DNA from: Candidatus Latescibacterota bacterium
GTDB lineage: Bacteria > Latescibacterota > UBA2968 > GCA-2709665
NCBI GenBank assembly: GCA_965237675.1
Contig: OZ250150.1
Location: 1,696,001 to 1,760,000, forward strand
Direction: 5' to 3'
DNA: 64,000 nucleotides
The notes below the pieces were generated by a model. The model had not been told where the DNA came from. It was given only the letters and a program-made list of their open reading frames with translations, and did no database searches. Positions 56,201 through 64,000 of the stretch are shown piece after piece (positions within the stretch are counted from its first letter, which is position 1; every line of letters begins with the position of its first letter). Made by a program: the position numbers and the translations under genes.

Positions 56201-56974
56201 CAGGCATTCGTGGGCAGCGCCTGCACACTCGAAATACTGGATCATGATGGAAATCTCGTGAAACGGCTTCCGGTATTCTGGGGCCCGGGTTCGCGGTTTG
56301 CCCTGATGGACCGACCCGACGGCAGCATTGATCTTCTGATTGCACGGCAGCCCACGGATTCGCACGCGATGGCCGTTGTGAACAACCGCGAGTTGGACCC
56401 GAAACAGCGCGGCTTCCAAGACGTGCCGGACGGACATACGAATATAGGCGGGTGGGCGTGCATGAGCCGGAAGCACATCTTTAACGAGGATCTGGACGGG
56501 GACGGCAGGAGGGAAGTGGTCAGCGAGATCAACGGGACCTGGAACCGGGTGACGGTCTGGACGGAGGATGGGCGGGCGCTGCACAACGTCCACCTCGGCC
56601 CGGGGCAGCGCATTCCGGCGGACAACGTGCGGGATTTCGACGTTGTCGACCTGGATGGCGATGGCAGAAAAGAGCTCCTCGCGGCGCTTTCGGGCGGGCT
56701 GATACTTGCCCTCGATCACCAATGTGAGAAGGTCTGGGCAAGGCGGCTGCCTTTTCCACCGACGGTGATGGCAGGCATTGGAGCCGGGGGCGGCGCCAGG
56801 GTCGTGGCCGGCTGCGAAGACGGTACGCTGGTCGTCCTGGATGGCGGTGGCAAGGTCGTCGGGTCGGGCAGGATGACGGGGAGGCCGACCGGAATTGTCC
56901 GTGTGGATGGAAATGTCGTTCTGGCAACGGATCAGGGGGAGGTCACGGGATGGCGGGTGGATAACCGCAGGTAA
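53258..56974 (+). CDS. Large heparinase II/III-like-fold protein with C-terminal beta-propeller (paralog 3, divergent)
   Basis: Shares YPGPGGYEVRSLHNPFGNGYNVI, LSLGWLM, WDLIEESPVFTDDERLRVT and DLDGDG propeller repeats with paralogs 1, 2 and 4. Confidence 0.75.
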   Translation: MRIPPVYTERKDLNLDTELVRNGRANVTIVVPEGRLYGGPSKRLQAAIQARTGVRVPIAEETSKAGAAPISAHVIVLGNRSSSRTIEALYNQYYTLLDLRYPGPGGYEVRSLHNPFGNGYNVIFVGGSDEDGVSAAADALARRVSEAEGEEGALSLGWLMEIELGRGIAVPRDIRDFETWEASAGYGSVGYFGWNSISKRMAMYYMTGDPFHAREALRLAFPDDRAKAEITEIDGERIENKDEPLGGPYHYNAHMMILYWDLIEESPVFTDDERLRVTNAFASQFGHAQDQGARRQVAENVRRGARGFGDPPRSVGSRHGQWSAISLYCLGRYFQTHYPHELWEQSMEAARWHFASLHRHAWVDGEQDNLFWYNTGMAPVLSYMLITGDRKPMDNGVLDTLLRGQEILASGREPDWALNSASIGFLNKAAYLTKDGRYLEYLRRTGMDLDVFRLGQSFWPEGGLTAKQPTDLVNRWCIHPIPEPMWRERAGGLPLEESFLFGSFRSAADATGDFILVKGMNGASRNAYHTFVILELRLGGQTLLEGYLNQVLTRSDGTVEPAVAMDSALKYRGVVGGAAVVVGEVPRAAFCSWRRTLVQRIGRYALFADELTFRADSAELEVEVLWQGKGAWEVLPDRGAVRIRDVAEIRMSDPMETAVADGQARMAWRGIVEKGSGRCFFSLVGGTGTACARLGVNAAALALPEPAVAALGEYQGLHGDLVVLASSHLHGVNATDVAFGDLLFHASAPVQVDWDFHSGTLEVVAGEEVELRLAVADPGSARVGGSVPGGGSDDSGMLTIGIPAGRHTVSGVLPDADTIEKVTARLEGLLEQGREARRLSAAAPSPVLPDVPSMAPVFATGVGGAVVDLVVADSGEETRICAAEAKNVHVLSQEGKELRTLRTDGPIRLLHWWAEHNLLLAGCVDEKVIAFDPDTGDRQWTFVSEEDPAVFQAAKPYWFKTAPGHAGVHGLHSGVFLDGESQAFVGSACTLEILDHDGNLVKRLPVFWGPGSRFALMDRPDGSIDLLIARQPTDSHAMAVVNNRELDPKQRGFQDVPDGHTNIGGWACMSRKHIFNEDLDGDGRREVVSEINGTWNRVTVWTEDGRALHNVHLGPGQRIPADNVRDFDVVDLDGDGRKELLAALSGGLILALDHQCEKVWARRLPFPPTVMAGIGAGGGARVVAGCEDGTLVVLDGGGKVVGSGRMTGRPTGIVRVDGNVVLATDQGEVTGWRVDNRR

Positions 56975-56998
56975 GCTGGACAACGGTCAGGAGGAAAA

Positions 56999-59900
56999 AT
57001 GGACGCGGATCGAGGGCCGGTCGGACTGAAAATCGATACGTTGAGACAAATGCACCTGGAGACGGTGCTGGCGGCAGACCGCGAACCCGGTGGGAAGATC
57101 GTCATCGGGGAAAATCCGGAGCACCAGCGGCAGGCGCAACGCATCGTGGAATGTATTCAATCGGCCACGGGCGCCCGTCTGCCGGTCGTCCGCGCCGATG
57201 ACGCGACAGGGGGAGGCCTGCTTGACAGTCACGTGGTCGCTCTGGGAAATATGGCCGACAACCCCTTTGTCCGCTGGCTGTATCACCAGTGGTGGGCCAT
57301 AGAGGATCTCTGTTATCCCGGCGAGGGAGGGTATACGCTCCGTACGCTGCACAACCTGCTGGGAAACGGGAAGAATGTGGTCCTGCTGGGAGCCAGCGAC
57401 GAAAGCGGGCTGGACCGCGCGGCATCCCGTTTTTTGTCGCGGGTCGGCGCGGGCGAGAGGCTGAGTTTCGGTTGGCTGATGGACGTCGCGCCGGGCCCGG
57501 CCTTCGATTCTCTCGAACATCCGCCGGACGGGTGGCTTGAGGAGCGGCGGGAGGATTTTATCGGACGGGTAAGCCAGCCGCATGCCTCCGAAGCGGGGGC
57601 AGGCCACGGGATGGTTACGGAGGCGGGAAGGCAGGGCCTGGCATATCATCGGACGGGGTTCGAGGTCTATGCGAAGGCATTGCGCGAGGCGGTGGATGCG
57701 CATCTGAAGATGGGGGAGCACGGCGTGATGGCCCACTTCAACGTGTGGTGGCTTGCGGTGATCTGGGACCTGATCGAGGAGAGTCCGGTGTTTTCAGACG
57801 CGGATCGCCTGCGGATCACGCGGTATCTGCTGTGGATTATGGATTCGCAGGAGGGCGCGTACAACCCCTTCTTCCGCCAGGGGGTGGGTCACCGGATGGT
57901 GCGGCAGAACCACCAGACGCTGGTGGGTCTTTCGTCGTGGTTCGCGGGTCGATACTTCTCCACGCATTACGAAATGCCGGAGGCGGAGGAATGGCAGGCG
58001 GCGTCAGCGGATCTGTTCAAGGGGCAGGCGGAGTCCTTCAAGCCGACCGAGGATGCGAATGCCTACCAGTGGACGACACTGGACCATCTCCTGACCTATA
58101 CGCTGGCCAGCGGGGACAGGACGTACGTTGAAAACGGAAATTGCCGCCGGTCGCTGGACCAGGCGGTATTGTACTGCAACAATCTCGGGGCCATGCCGGC
58201 GTTCGGCGACTCGGGGGGATGCCAGGTACCTCCACCGGCCAGTTTCCTGGTGAAAGCGGGGCACGTACTGCGGGATGGCCGTGCGGAGTTCCTGATTCGC
58301 GCGCGATCGGACCGGGTTTCGCTTGTACACGGATTCGAGAAATATTTCTGCGATGGCCTGGAACCCGAGGCGCCCCGGGAAATGGCAGGCGTGCGGATAC
58401 TTGAGGTGGCGAAGGGATTCTACGATTTCGCCAGCGACCCGATGGCGCGCCCGTCGGAAGTAAAACCTCTCAATCTGCCGCTGGACACGGCGTTCGATAC
58501 GGTGTGTTTTCGAGAGGGTTTCGACCGGGCGGATCAGTACCTGATGCTGCACGGGATTTCCTACGGCAACCACGGGCACGACGACGGAAACACAATTGTG
58601 GAGTTCTCCGCGAATGACCGGGTGTTCCTGGTGGACGCCTCTTACACGGAGGGGCCCACCCTGAAACATCACAACGGGTGCACGGCGGTCCGAAACGGAG
58701 AGCCCTGGCAGGTGCCCGCGCTGTGCCGTCTGGAGGGGCTGGCGGACCTCGACCGTATGGGAATGAGCCGGACATCGATGGAAGTGGAATCGGGAGCGCG
58801 GTGGACCCGAAATATGGTATGGCGGGTCGGCCGGTTCTTCGTCGCCATCGATGAAATCCAGGCCACTGAAGCGGGTGCGTTCGCACTCCAATGCAACTGG
58901 CGGACGCTGGGGACGCCCACGCTGGACGGGAATCGGCTGGAGACCGTCCAGAAGGATCCGGACGACGGGCGGGAGGATCGGTTCGTTCTGGAAGGTGTGG
59001 GCGGTGACCGCATTGATATGGAGCGGGATTGGGAGGCTTTCGGGCATTGGTGGAAGGACTATCCGTACTCGGACGATTACGTCAATATCCTGCGTCAGTC
59101 CGTCAACCGCGAGATGGCGGCGGGAGACCGGCACACCTTCATCAATCTGTTTTACGCGACAAACGACACGAAACCGCTGGACGTGCGGATGCGTCGTGTT
59201 GGGGAGTCCGCGATCCTGGTGGAGGGATCGGAGGGGCGGATGCTGATCGGGACAGGCGGCGCCGACGGGACGTTTGCGGTTGGACCCGTGTCCGGAAAGG
59301 CCGACGTCTACGCGATCGGGCCGGGCTGGTTCACCCTGTGCGGGGGAACGCTGTTGCGCGGGGAAACAACGCTATTCGAAAGCGACGCCCCGGTGTCCGT
59401 TGAGTTCGACCTGGAGACGGGCGTCGGTGTGGCAGACGTATCGGAACCCGCAAACGCTGAGTTGTGCGGAGGGGTGCATACGCTCTCGGCCGGGAAACAG
59501 CGCGTGCGCCAGGCGCCCGCGGGCAGTGGCGGTATACCGGAACGTGTGTGGCGCCTGGACGATTGGCGGGCAGGCGCGGAGAAACGCGTACGGCCGGCAT
59601 CGGCGGCATCCCTGCGCCCTGTATGGTCGCGCGACTTCGGGTCGGCGGTACGATGTGTGGCGCGCAGGGGCGATGGCGTGGTTGCAGGTATGGAGGACGG
59701 GCGCGTGGTTGCATTGTGGGAGGGAGGAGAGCCCGACTGGACCTTCCGGGCGGGGGATGCGGTGCTGTCGGTGTGCGCGGCGGGGCAGGCCGGGGACGCC
59801 CGCTCACCGGTGGCGGCCGGGGCAAACGACCGGCGCCTCTATTTTCTGGAGCATGACGGCGCCGTGCGCTGGTCCCACGAGTTCGCGATCTTTCGAGGAG

Positions 59901-60697
59901 GGTGGGAGTGGTATACCCGGAACTCCTCGGTTGAACTGGTCAAGTCCGCGGACCTTCGCGGCACGGGACGGCCGGATATTCTCGCTGCGGTCACCGACCG
60001 GCAACTCCACTGTTTCGACGCGGACGGCAACAAACGCTGGAACTTCTTCATCTACGGGATCTTCGACCCCTTTTGCCTGGCGGATGTCAATGGAGACGGC
60101 CGTCCGGAGGTGATCGGCGGGCCGGGCCGGATTTCCTGCGGGGGAACGTGCTATGTGCTGGACGCGGACGGCAGCCAAATCGCCAGCAACGGGCTGGACG
60201 GTTGGCCGTCGATGCTACCGGGGTGCGACGTGTATCTGTACGAAAATGGCGACAATCTGATCGCGTGCGGTACGACCCGGTCGAAGGTTCACGCGCTTCG
60301 GCTTGACGGCGATTCTCTGACACCCCAGTGGTCACGGGAGGTGGGTGAAGAGGTGCACGCGGTTGCGGCGGTGGACGTGGACGGGGATGGGAGGCCCGAA
60401 GTCGCGGCCGGATCGGATTGTTTCTACATCTACCTGTTCGATGAAAACGGCGCCGAGCGATGGCGGCGCAACCTGGAGGCGCCCGTGCGCCGGCTGGTTG
60501 CCACCGACGTCAATGGAGATGGCCGGCCGGAAATTGTCGCCGGATGTGACGACGGGAGCGTATGGATACTGGACGGAGATGGACAGACCCTCGGTGTCCA
60601 CCGTTCAGAGGCGAAGATTCACGCCCTGACGCCCCACGGAGAAGGCCGCCTGCTGCTCGGGTGTTCGGACGGGACCCTTTCGATGCTGGGTCTCTGA
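56999..60697 (+). CDS. Large heparinase II/III-like protein with C-terminal beta-propeller (paralog 4, close to paralog 1)
   Basis: Colinear with 24670..28407, with long identical blocks (FDTVCFREGF, DQYLMLHGI, LVDASYTEGPTLKHHNG, GDRHTFINLFYA). RBS AGGAGG. Confidence 0.82.
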   Translation: MDADRGPVGLKIDTLRQMHLETVLAADREPGGKIVIGENPEHQRQAQRIVECIQSATGARLPVVRADDATGGGLLDSHVVALGNMADNPFVRWLYHQWWAIEDLCYPGEGGYTLRTLHNLLGNGKNVVLLGASDESGLDRAASRFLSRVGAGERLSFGWLMDVAPGPAFDSLEHPPDGWLEERREDFIGRVSQPHASEAGAGHGMVTEAGRQGLAYHRTGFEVYAKALREAVDAHLKMGEHGVMAHFNVWWLAVIWDLIEESPVFSDADRLRITRYLLWIMDSQEGAYNPFFRQGVGHRMVRQNHQTLVGLSSWFAGRYFSTHYEMPEAEEWQAASADLFKGQAESFKPTEDANAYQWTTLDHLLTYTLASGDRTYVENGNCRRSLDQAVLYCNNLGAMPAFGDSGGCQVPPPASFLVKAGHVLRDGRAEFLIRARSDRVSLVHGFEKYFCDGLEPEAPREMAGVRILEVAKGFYDFASDPMARPSEVKPLNLPLDTAFDTVCFREGFDRADQYLMLHGISYGNHGHDDGNTIVEFSANDRVFLVDASYTEGPTLKHHNGCTAVRNGEPWQVPALCRLEGLADLDRMGMSRTSMEVESGARWTRNMVWRVGRFFVAIDEIQATEAGAFALQCNWRTLGTPTLDGNRLETVQKDPDDGREDRFVLEGVGGDRIDMERDWEAFGHWWKDYPYSDDYVNILRQSVNREMAAGDRHTFINLFYATNDTKPLDVRMRRVGESAILVEGSEGRMLIGTGGADGTFAVGPVSGKADVYAIGPGWFTLCGGTLLRGETTLFESDAPVSVEFDLETGVGVADVSEPANAELCGGVHTLSAGKQRVRQAPAGSGGIPERVWRLDDWRAGAEKRVRPASAASLRPVWSRDFGSAVRCVARRGDGVVAGMEDGRVVALWEGGEPDWTFRAGDAVLSVCAAGQAGDARSPVAAGANDRRLYFLEHDGAVRWSHEFAIFRGGWEWYTRNSSVELVKSADLRGTGRPDILAAVTDRQLHCFDADGNKRWNFFIYGIFDPFCLADVNGDGRPEVIGGPGRISCGGTCYVLDADGSQIASNGLDGWPSMLPGCDVYLYENGDNLIACGTTRSKVHALRLDGDSLTPQWSREVGEEVHAVAAVDVDGDGRPEVAAGSDCFYIYLFDENGAERWRRNLEAPVRRLVATDVNGDGRPEIVAGCDDGSVWILDGDGQTLGVHRSEAKIHALTPHGEGRLLLGCSDGTLSMLGL

Positions 60698-60774
60698 TTG
60701 TGACGATCTCTGCGATGGTTCGGGTAGACTGAATTCACGAAACCCTCGAGCGGCGCTGTTCAAAGGAGAGTTCC

Positions 60775-61767
60775 ATGACGAAAATGCTGCGCGTCGGGCT
60801 GGTCGGTTGCGGGGGGCAGACCCGCCTCAATCTCGCGCCGGCGGTCGCCCGTATCGAATCCGCGCGTCTGGTTTCGTGCGCGGACGTCGATGAAGCCAGG
60901 GCGCAACAACTGGCCGAAGCGTTACGGATCGAAAGGGTGTCCGCCCGTTCCGAGGACGTCACGGAAAGCGCGGACGTGGATGCCGTAGTCGTGGCCGTCC
61001 CGCACCGCCACCTCAAGGATGTTGCGCTCTCGGCCATTGGCGCCGGCAAGCACGTGTTTATCGAAAAACCTATGGGCCTCAACGCGGCGGAGGGCGCCGA
61101 GGTGGTGGAAGCCGCCGCCCGTCGGGGCGTGGTGGCCATGGTGGGCTATTGCATGCGCTATTCTCTCAGCCGGATGTTCATCAAGTCACTGCTCGACCGC
61201 GGGGCGGTTGGCGACGTCAGCTTCGTGGCGGCCGGCAAGGGGGGCGGCCCGCTGGGCGGGTGGCTCGGGGGGCCTTACGAGAAAGGGGGCGGCCAGCTTC
61301 TCTTTCTGGGTTCCCATCTGACCGACCAGGTGCTGTGGATGACGGGCGACGACGCCGAAGCCGTGTCGGGAACCGTGCGATGGACGCCCGGCGGGACGGA
61401 CGAGACGTCGGTATACACCGTGCGCCTGAAGGGTGGGGCCGCCGCGACGTTTTCCGTCTCCCAGGCTTCCGGCGTCGGCTACGATTTCGTGGACGTGTTC
61501 GGTACCCGCGGACGCGTACGGGGAGACTGGAAGGGCGACGTCGTGACCGTGGAAAGCCGGGTGATTCCCGAATATGCGCACCCCACGGTCCTCCGCATCC
61601 CCGGCGACGATCTCGCCCAGATGTGCTATCGGGAGTTGGCCGCGTTCGTCGAGGCGGCGGCGTCGGGCGCTCCCCCGCCTATCCCGGTTTCGGACGGCCT
61701 GCGCGTGCTCCGGATCCTGGATGCCGTGGTTTCGTCATCCACGGAGAACAGATGGATCGAGTTGTAG
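60775..61767 (+). CDS. Gfo/Idh/MocA family oxidoreductase
   Basis: Motifs VGLVGCGG, VVVAVPHRHL, GKHVFIEKPM, VGYCMRY. RBS AAGGAG. Confidence 0.9.
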   Translation: MTKMLRVGLVGCGGQTRLNLAPAVARIESARLVSCADVDEARAQQLAEALRIERVSARSEDVTESADVDAVVVAVPHRHLKDVALSAIGAGKHVFIEKPMGLNAAEGAEVVEAAARRGVVAMVGYCMRYSLSRMFIKSLLDRGAVGDVSFVAAGKGGGPLGGWLGGPYEKGGGQLLFLGSHLTDQVLWMTGDDAEAVSGTVRWTPGGTDETSVYTVRLKGGAAATFSVSQASGVGYDFVDVFGTRGRVRGDWKGDVVTVESRVIPEYAHPTVLRIPGDDLAQMCYRELAAFVEAAASGAPPPIPVSDGLRVLRILDAVVSSSTENRWIEL

Positions 61768-61828
61768 GCGGTCGCCCTGGGCGGAACCTCTCCCCCCGGC
61801 CCCGCGCCGAGCGGCGCCCTTCTTTTTC

Positions 61829-61861
61829 GCCCTTTTTCTTGGGCGAAGCAAGAAAAAGGGC
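61829..61861. repeat. 13-bp perfect stem-loop (REP-like / bidirectional terminator-like)
   Basis: GCCCTTTTTCTTG-ggcgaag-CAAGAAAAAGGGC. Confidence 0.7.
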
Positions 61862-61919
61862 AAGGGAATAGGGGACGTTAGGGGGTGGTGGTTCATCTAC
61901 CTGAATAAAGGACATATAC

Positions 61920-63113
61920 GTGCCATCCGTACCACGTAGCCAATGGAAAGAACACAGAGTGATCCGATTGAGTCCGGATGCGGATCGCGTCGAACTGCCC
62001 GCCCAGTCGCAGATTGTGACCGAAAGCTGGAACCGGGTGGTGGCCGTGCCCCACATTGTGTATATGCCCGAGAAGGAACGGGTGCTCATGTTGCTCAGTT
62101 GCGACTATCCCGGCAGTCCCTGGATACACTTCGCCGTGGTCCTGTTCAGCGACGACCGGGGCGCCACGTGGAGCGATCCTGCGTACGTACACACCGACAC
62201 ACAGGGCAACCCCGGCTGCGGGCTCGGGCACGCGCTGACCTATCTGGGCGCGGGCGAATTGATCCTGGTTTCGCACCATCCGCCCCTGCGCTGGTTCAGC
62301 GCCGATTTTGGAGAGACGTGGGGAGACACGGTGCCCGTGGAGCCGGCGCCCGGCGGAAAAAGGTGGATGGCCTGGGACCCGGTACTGGTGGACCTGGATC
62401 CAAAGACGGGCAGGGTGGCCCGTCTGATGGAAACGGGATATTACGGCGATTCCGAGACCATGACCTCCCAGGCCTACGTCAGGTTCAGCTCGGACGCCGG
62501 GAGAACCTGGACCGGCGCCCATCATGTTCCGGAGTTTGTCGGCATCAACGAGGTCTGCCCGATTCGATCGGCCAACGGCGATATCGTCGCAACCTGCCGG
62601 ACCGATCCGCCCGAGGCGTACAGGAGCCTTCGATTCGATCACTACGAAGGTTTCGGAATATCCATCTCGAAAGACAACGGTTACACCTGGAGCGAGGTCC
62701 ATCAGCTCTACGACTGGGGGCGCCATCACGCCAGTACGGCGCTTCTGCCGTGTAACTACATTGTAGCCACATACGTGGTTCGCCTCGGCTATCCCGACAC
62801 CGCTGAGGGTTACCCGCGGTTCGGCATCGAGGCGGTGGTGAGCCGCGACAACGGGCGGACCTGGGACCTGGAACGCCGCTATATTCTTGCCGCCTGGACA
62901 GGAAACAAACAGGGTTCGCCCTCGCCTGCCGGAAAGCTGCGTTCCGGCGCCTGGCAGGCGAGTCCCCACACGACGTCCTCACTTGTGCTTCCCAATGGCT
63001 CGATCCTGACCGCCTACGGCACGGGCTATCGCCAGCGGGATGATGCCTACGGACCCGGACTCTACGGCCCCCGGGACGTCGGTCTGTTAAAGTGGAACAT
63101 CGAACCGGAATAG
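61920..63113 (+). CDS. BNR/Asp-box repeat, sialidase-family-like glycoside hydrolase
   Basis: Five Asp boxes: SDDRGATW, SADFGETW, SSDAGRTW, SKDNGYTW, SRDNGRTW. Also INE...NGDIVATCRT. No signal peptide. Confidence 0.82.
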   Translation: MPSVPRSQWKEHRVIRLSPDADRVELPAQSQIVTESWNRVVAVPHIVYMPEKERVLMLLSCDYPGSPWIHFAVVLFSDDRGATWSDPAYVHTDTQGNPGCGLGHALTYLGAGELILVSHHPPLRWFSADFGETWGDTVPVEPAPGGKRWMAWDPVLVDLDPKTGRVARLMETGYYGDSETMTSQAYVRFSSDAGRTWTGAHHVPEFVGINEVCPIRSANGDIVATCRTDPPEAYRSLRFDHYEGFGISISKDNGYTWSEVHQLYDWGRHHASTALLPCNYIVATYVVRLGYPDTAEGYPRFGIEAVVSRDNGRTWDLERRYILAAWTGNKQGSPSPAGKLRSGAWQASPHTTSSLVLPNGSILTAYGTGYRQRDDAYGPGLYGPRDVGLLKWNIEPE

Positions 63114-63190
63114 GGACTGCGCCCCGGCTGCATCGGGGCATCTCAACGGGGCAACAGGACAGGCGATTCGACACAGCGAAAGGGGCGGGT

Positions 63191-63961
63191 ATGATTACCG
63201 ATCAACAAGTTGAATTTTTCCGGACGTTCGGCTTTCTTGCGCTGCGCGGGGCGTTCGGCCCGGAGGAGATGGCCGAGATCACCCGTACGTTCGACGACAT
63301 GCTTGAGAACGACCGGGAAGGCCGGCCTTTTTCCGGCGAGATACGGCAGTCGCTCTATGGAATCGCCGAGCACCATCCGCTGCTGACGGATCTCGTCGAG
63401 GACGACCGCATCTATGTGACCGTGGAACGCCTGCTGGGCCCCGGGTTTCACTGGCTCTGCTCCGAGGGCAATCTGTACGTGGGCGAAACGGAATGGCATC
63501 CCGACGGTAGCCGACTGAACTTTCCGCCGATGAAGGTCTCTCTGTATCTGGATACCCTCACCAAAGACACCGGCTGTCTGCGGGTGATCCCCGGATCGCA
63601 CCGCCTGCCGTTTCATGAGGCATTGAGGCCCATGGATAAAATCGGCGTGCCCGGTGCGGACGTACCGTGCTACTTCCTGGAATCCACGCCGGGAGACGTC
63701 TTGTTCCTGAACATGAACATCTGGCATGCGGCCTACGGCGGCGCGGTGGGAAGGCGCCACCTGGCGGTGAATTTCGTTCCGGAGGCCACGGAGCAAGAGC
63801 ACATTGAGATATTGAAGGCGAACCACCGCGTCTTGATCGATCTGATGTCGCGGTTCCAGTACAGCCAGCCGGGCAGGGCCTTCACCGACGATTTTCTGAA
63901 CAGCGAAAGCCCGCGTATCCGCCGCATGGCCTCAAAGTGGGTGGAACTCGAGTTGCAATAG
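63191..63961 (+). CDS. Phytanoyl-CoA dioxygenase (PhyH) family Fe(II)/2OG oxygenase
   Basis: Motifs QVEFFRTFGFL, WHPD (HxD), GCLRVIPGSH, PGDVLF...WHA...RR. Confidence 0.9.
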   Translation: MITDQQVEFFRTFGFLALRGAFGPEEMAEITRTFDDMLENDREGRPFSGEIRQSLYGIAEHHPLLTDLVEDDRIYVTVERLLGPGFHWLCSEGNLYVGETEWHPDGSRLNFPPMKVSLYLDTLTKDTGCLRVIPGSHRLPFHEALRPMDKIGVPGADVPCYFLESTPGDVLFLNMNIWHAAYGGAVGRRHLAVNFVPEATEQEHIEILKANHRVLIDLMSRFQYSQPGRAFTDDFLNSESPRIRRMASKWVELELQ

Positions 63962-64000
63962 TGTTCTGTCCCGGAAATAGATTGCCGAATGGAGACATAT
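63959..64000. mobile_element. Terminal repeat of an IS630-like element/MITE continuing beyond the window
   Basis: TAGTGTTCTGTCCCGGAAATAGATTG (63959-63984) matches the reverse complement of 16107-16132 at 25/26 nt. Confidence 0.7.

Overview
GC-rich bacterial DNA from a diderm, probably an FCB-superphylum lineage such as Ca. Latescibacterota (inference from PorV/PorQ, T9SS/FlgD-type C-terminal domains, GWxTD, dockerin-like and DUF6785-like proteins). There are 29 plausible protein genes, all on the + strand, plus a frameshifted IS1380-family transposase on the - strand. The window reads as a large acidic-polysaccharide (GAG/uronan-type) utilisation region. (1) An outer-membrane cassette (small beta-barrel, TonB-dependent receptor, T9SS-CTD protein, PorV/PorQ barrel) with no SusD. 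(2) Two FGE-fold lipoproteins plus TPR, GWxTD and two CRTAC1/ASPIC-UnbV proteins. (3) Seven heparinase II/III-like proteins, four of them ~1230-aa paralogs with an appended beta-propeller. (4) A cohesin-like CTD protein and two dockerin-like secreted enzymes (a lyase and an S55 peptidase). (5) An uncharacterised membrane module, DUF6785-like / M28-like+FtsX fusion / DUF6785-like, with no ATPase nearby. (6) Three Gfo/Idh/MocA oxidoreductases, a BNR-repeat protein, PhyH, a CNNM/CBS protein and an orphan N4C-type methyltransferase. Non-coding DNA holds two MITE families (IS630-like with TA duplication, IS5-like with CTAA duplication) and REP-like palindromes. No rRNA, tRNA or CRISPR array was seen. 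All family assignments are motif recognition by eye, not database searches.
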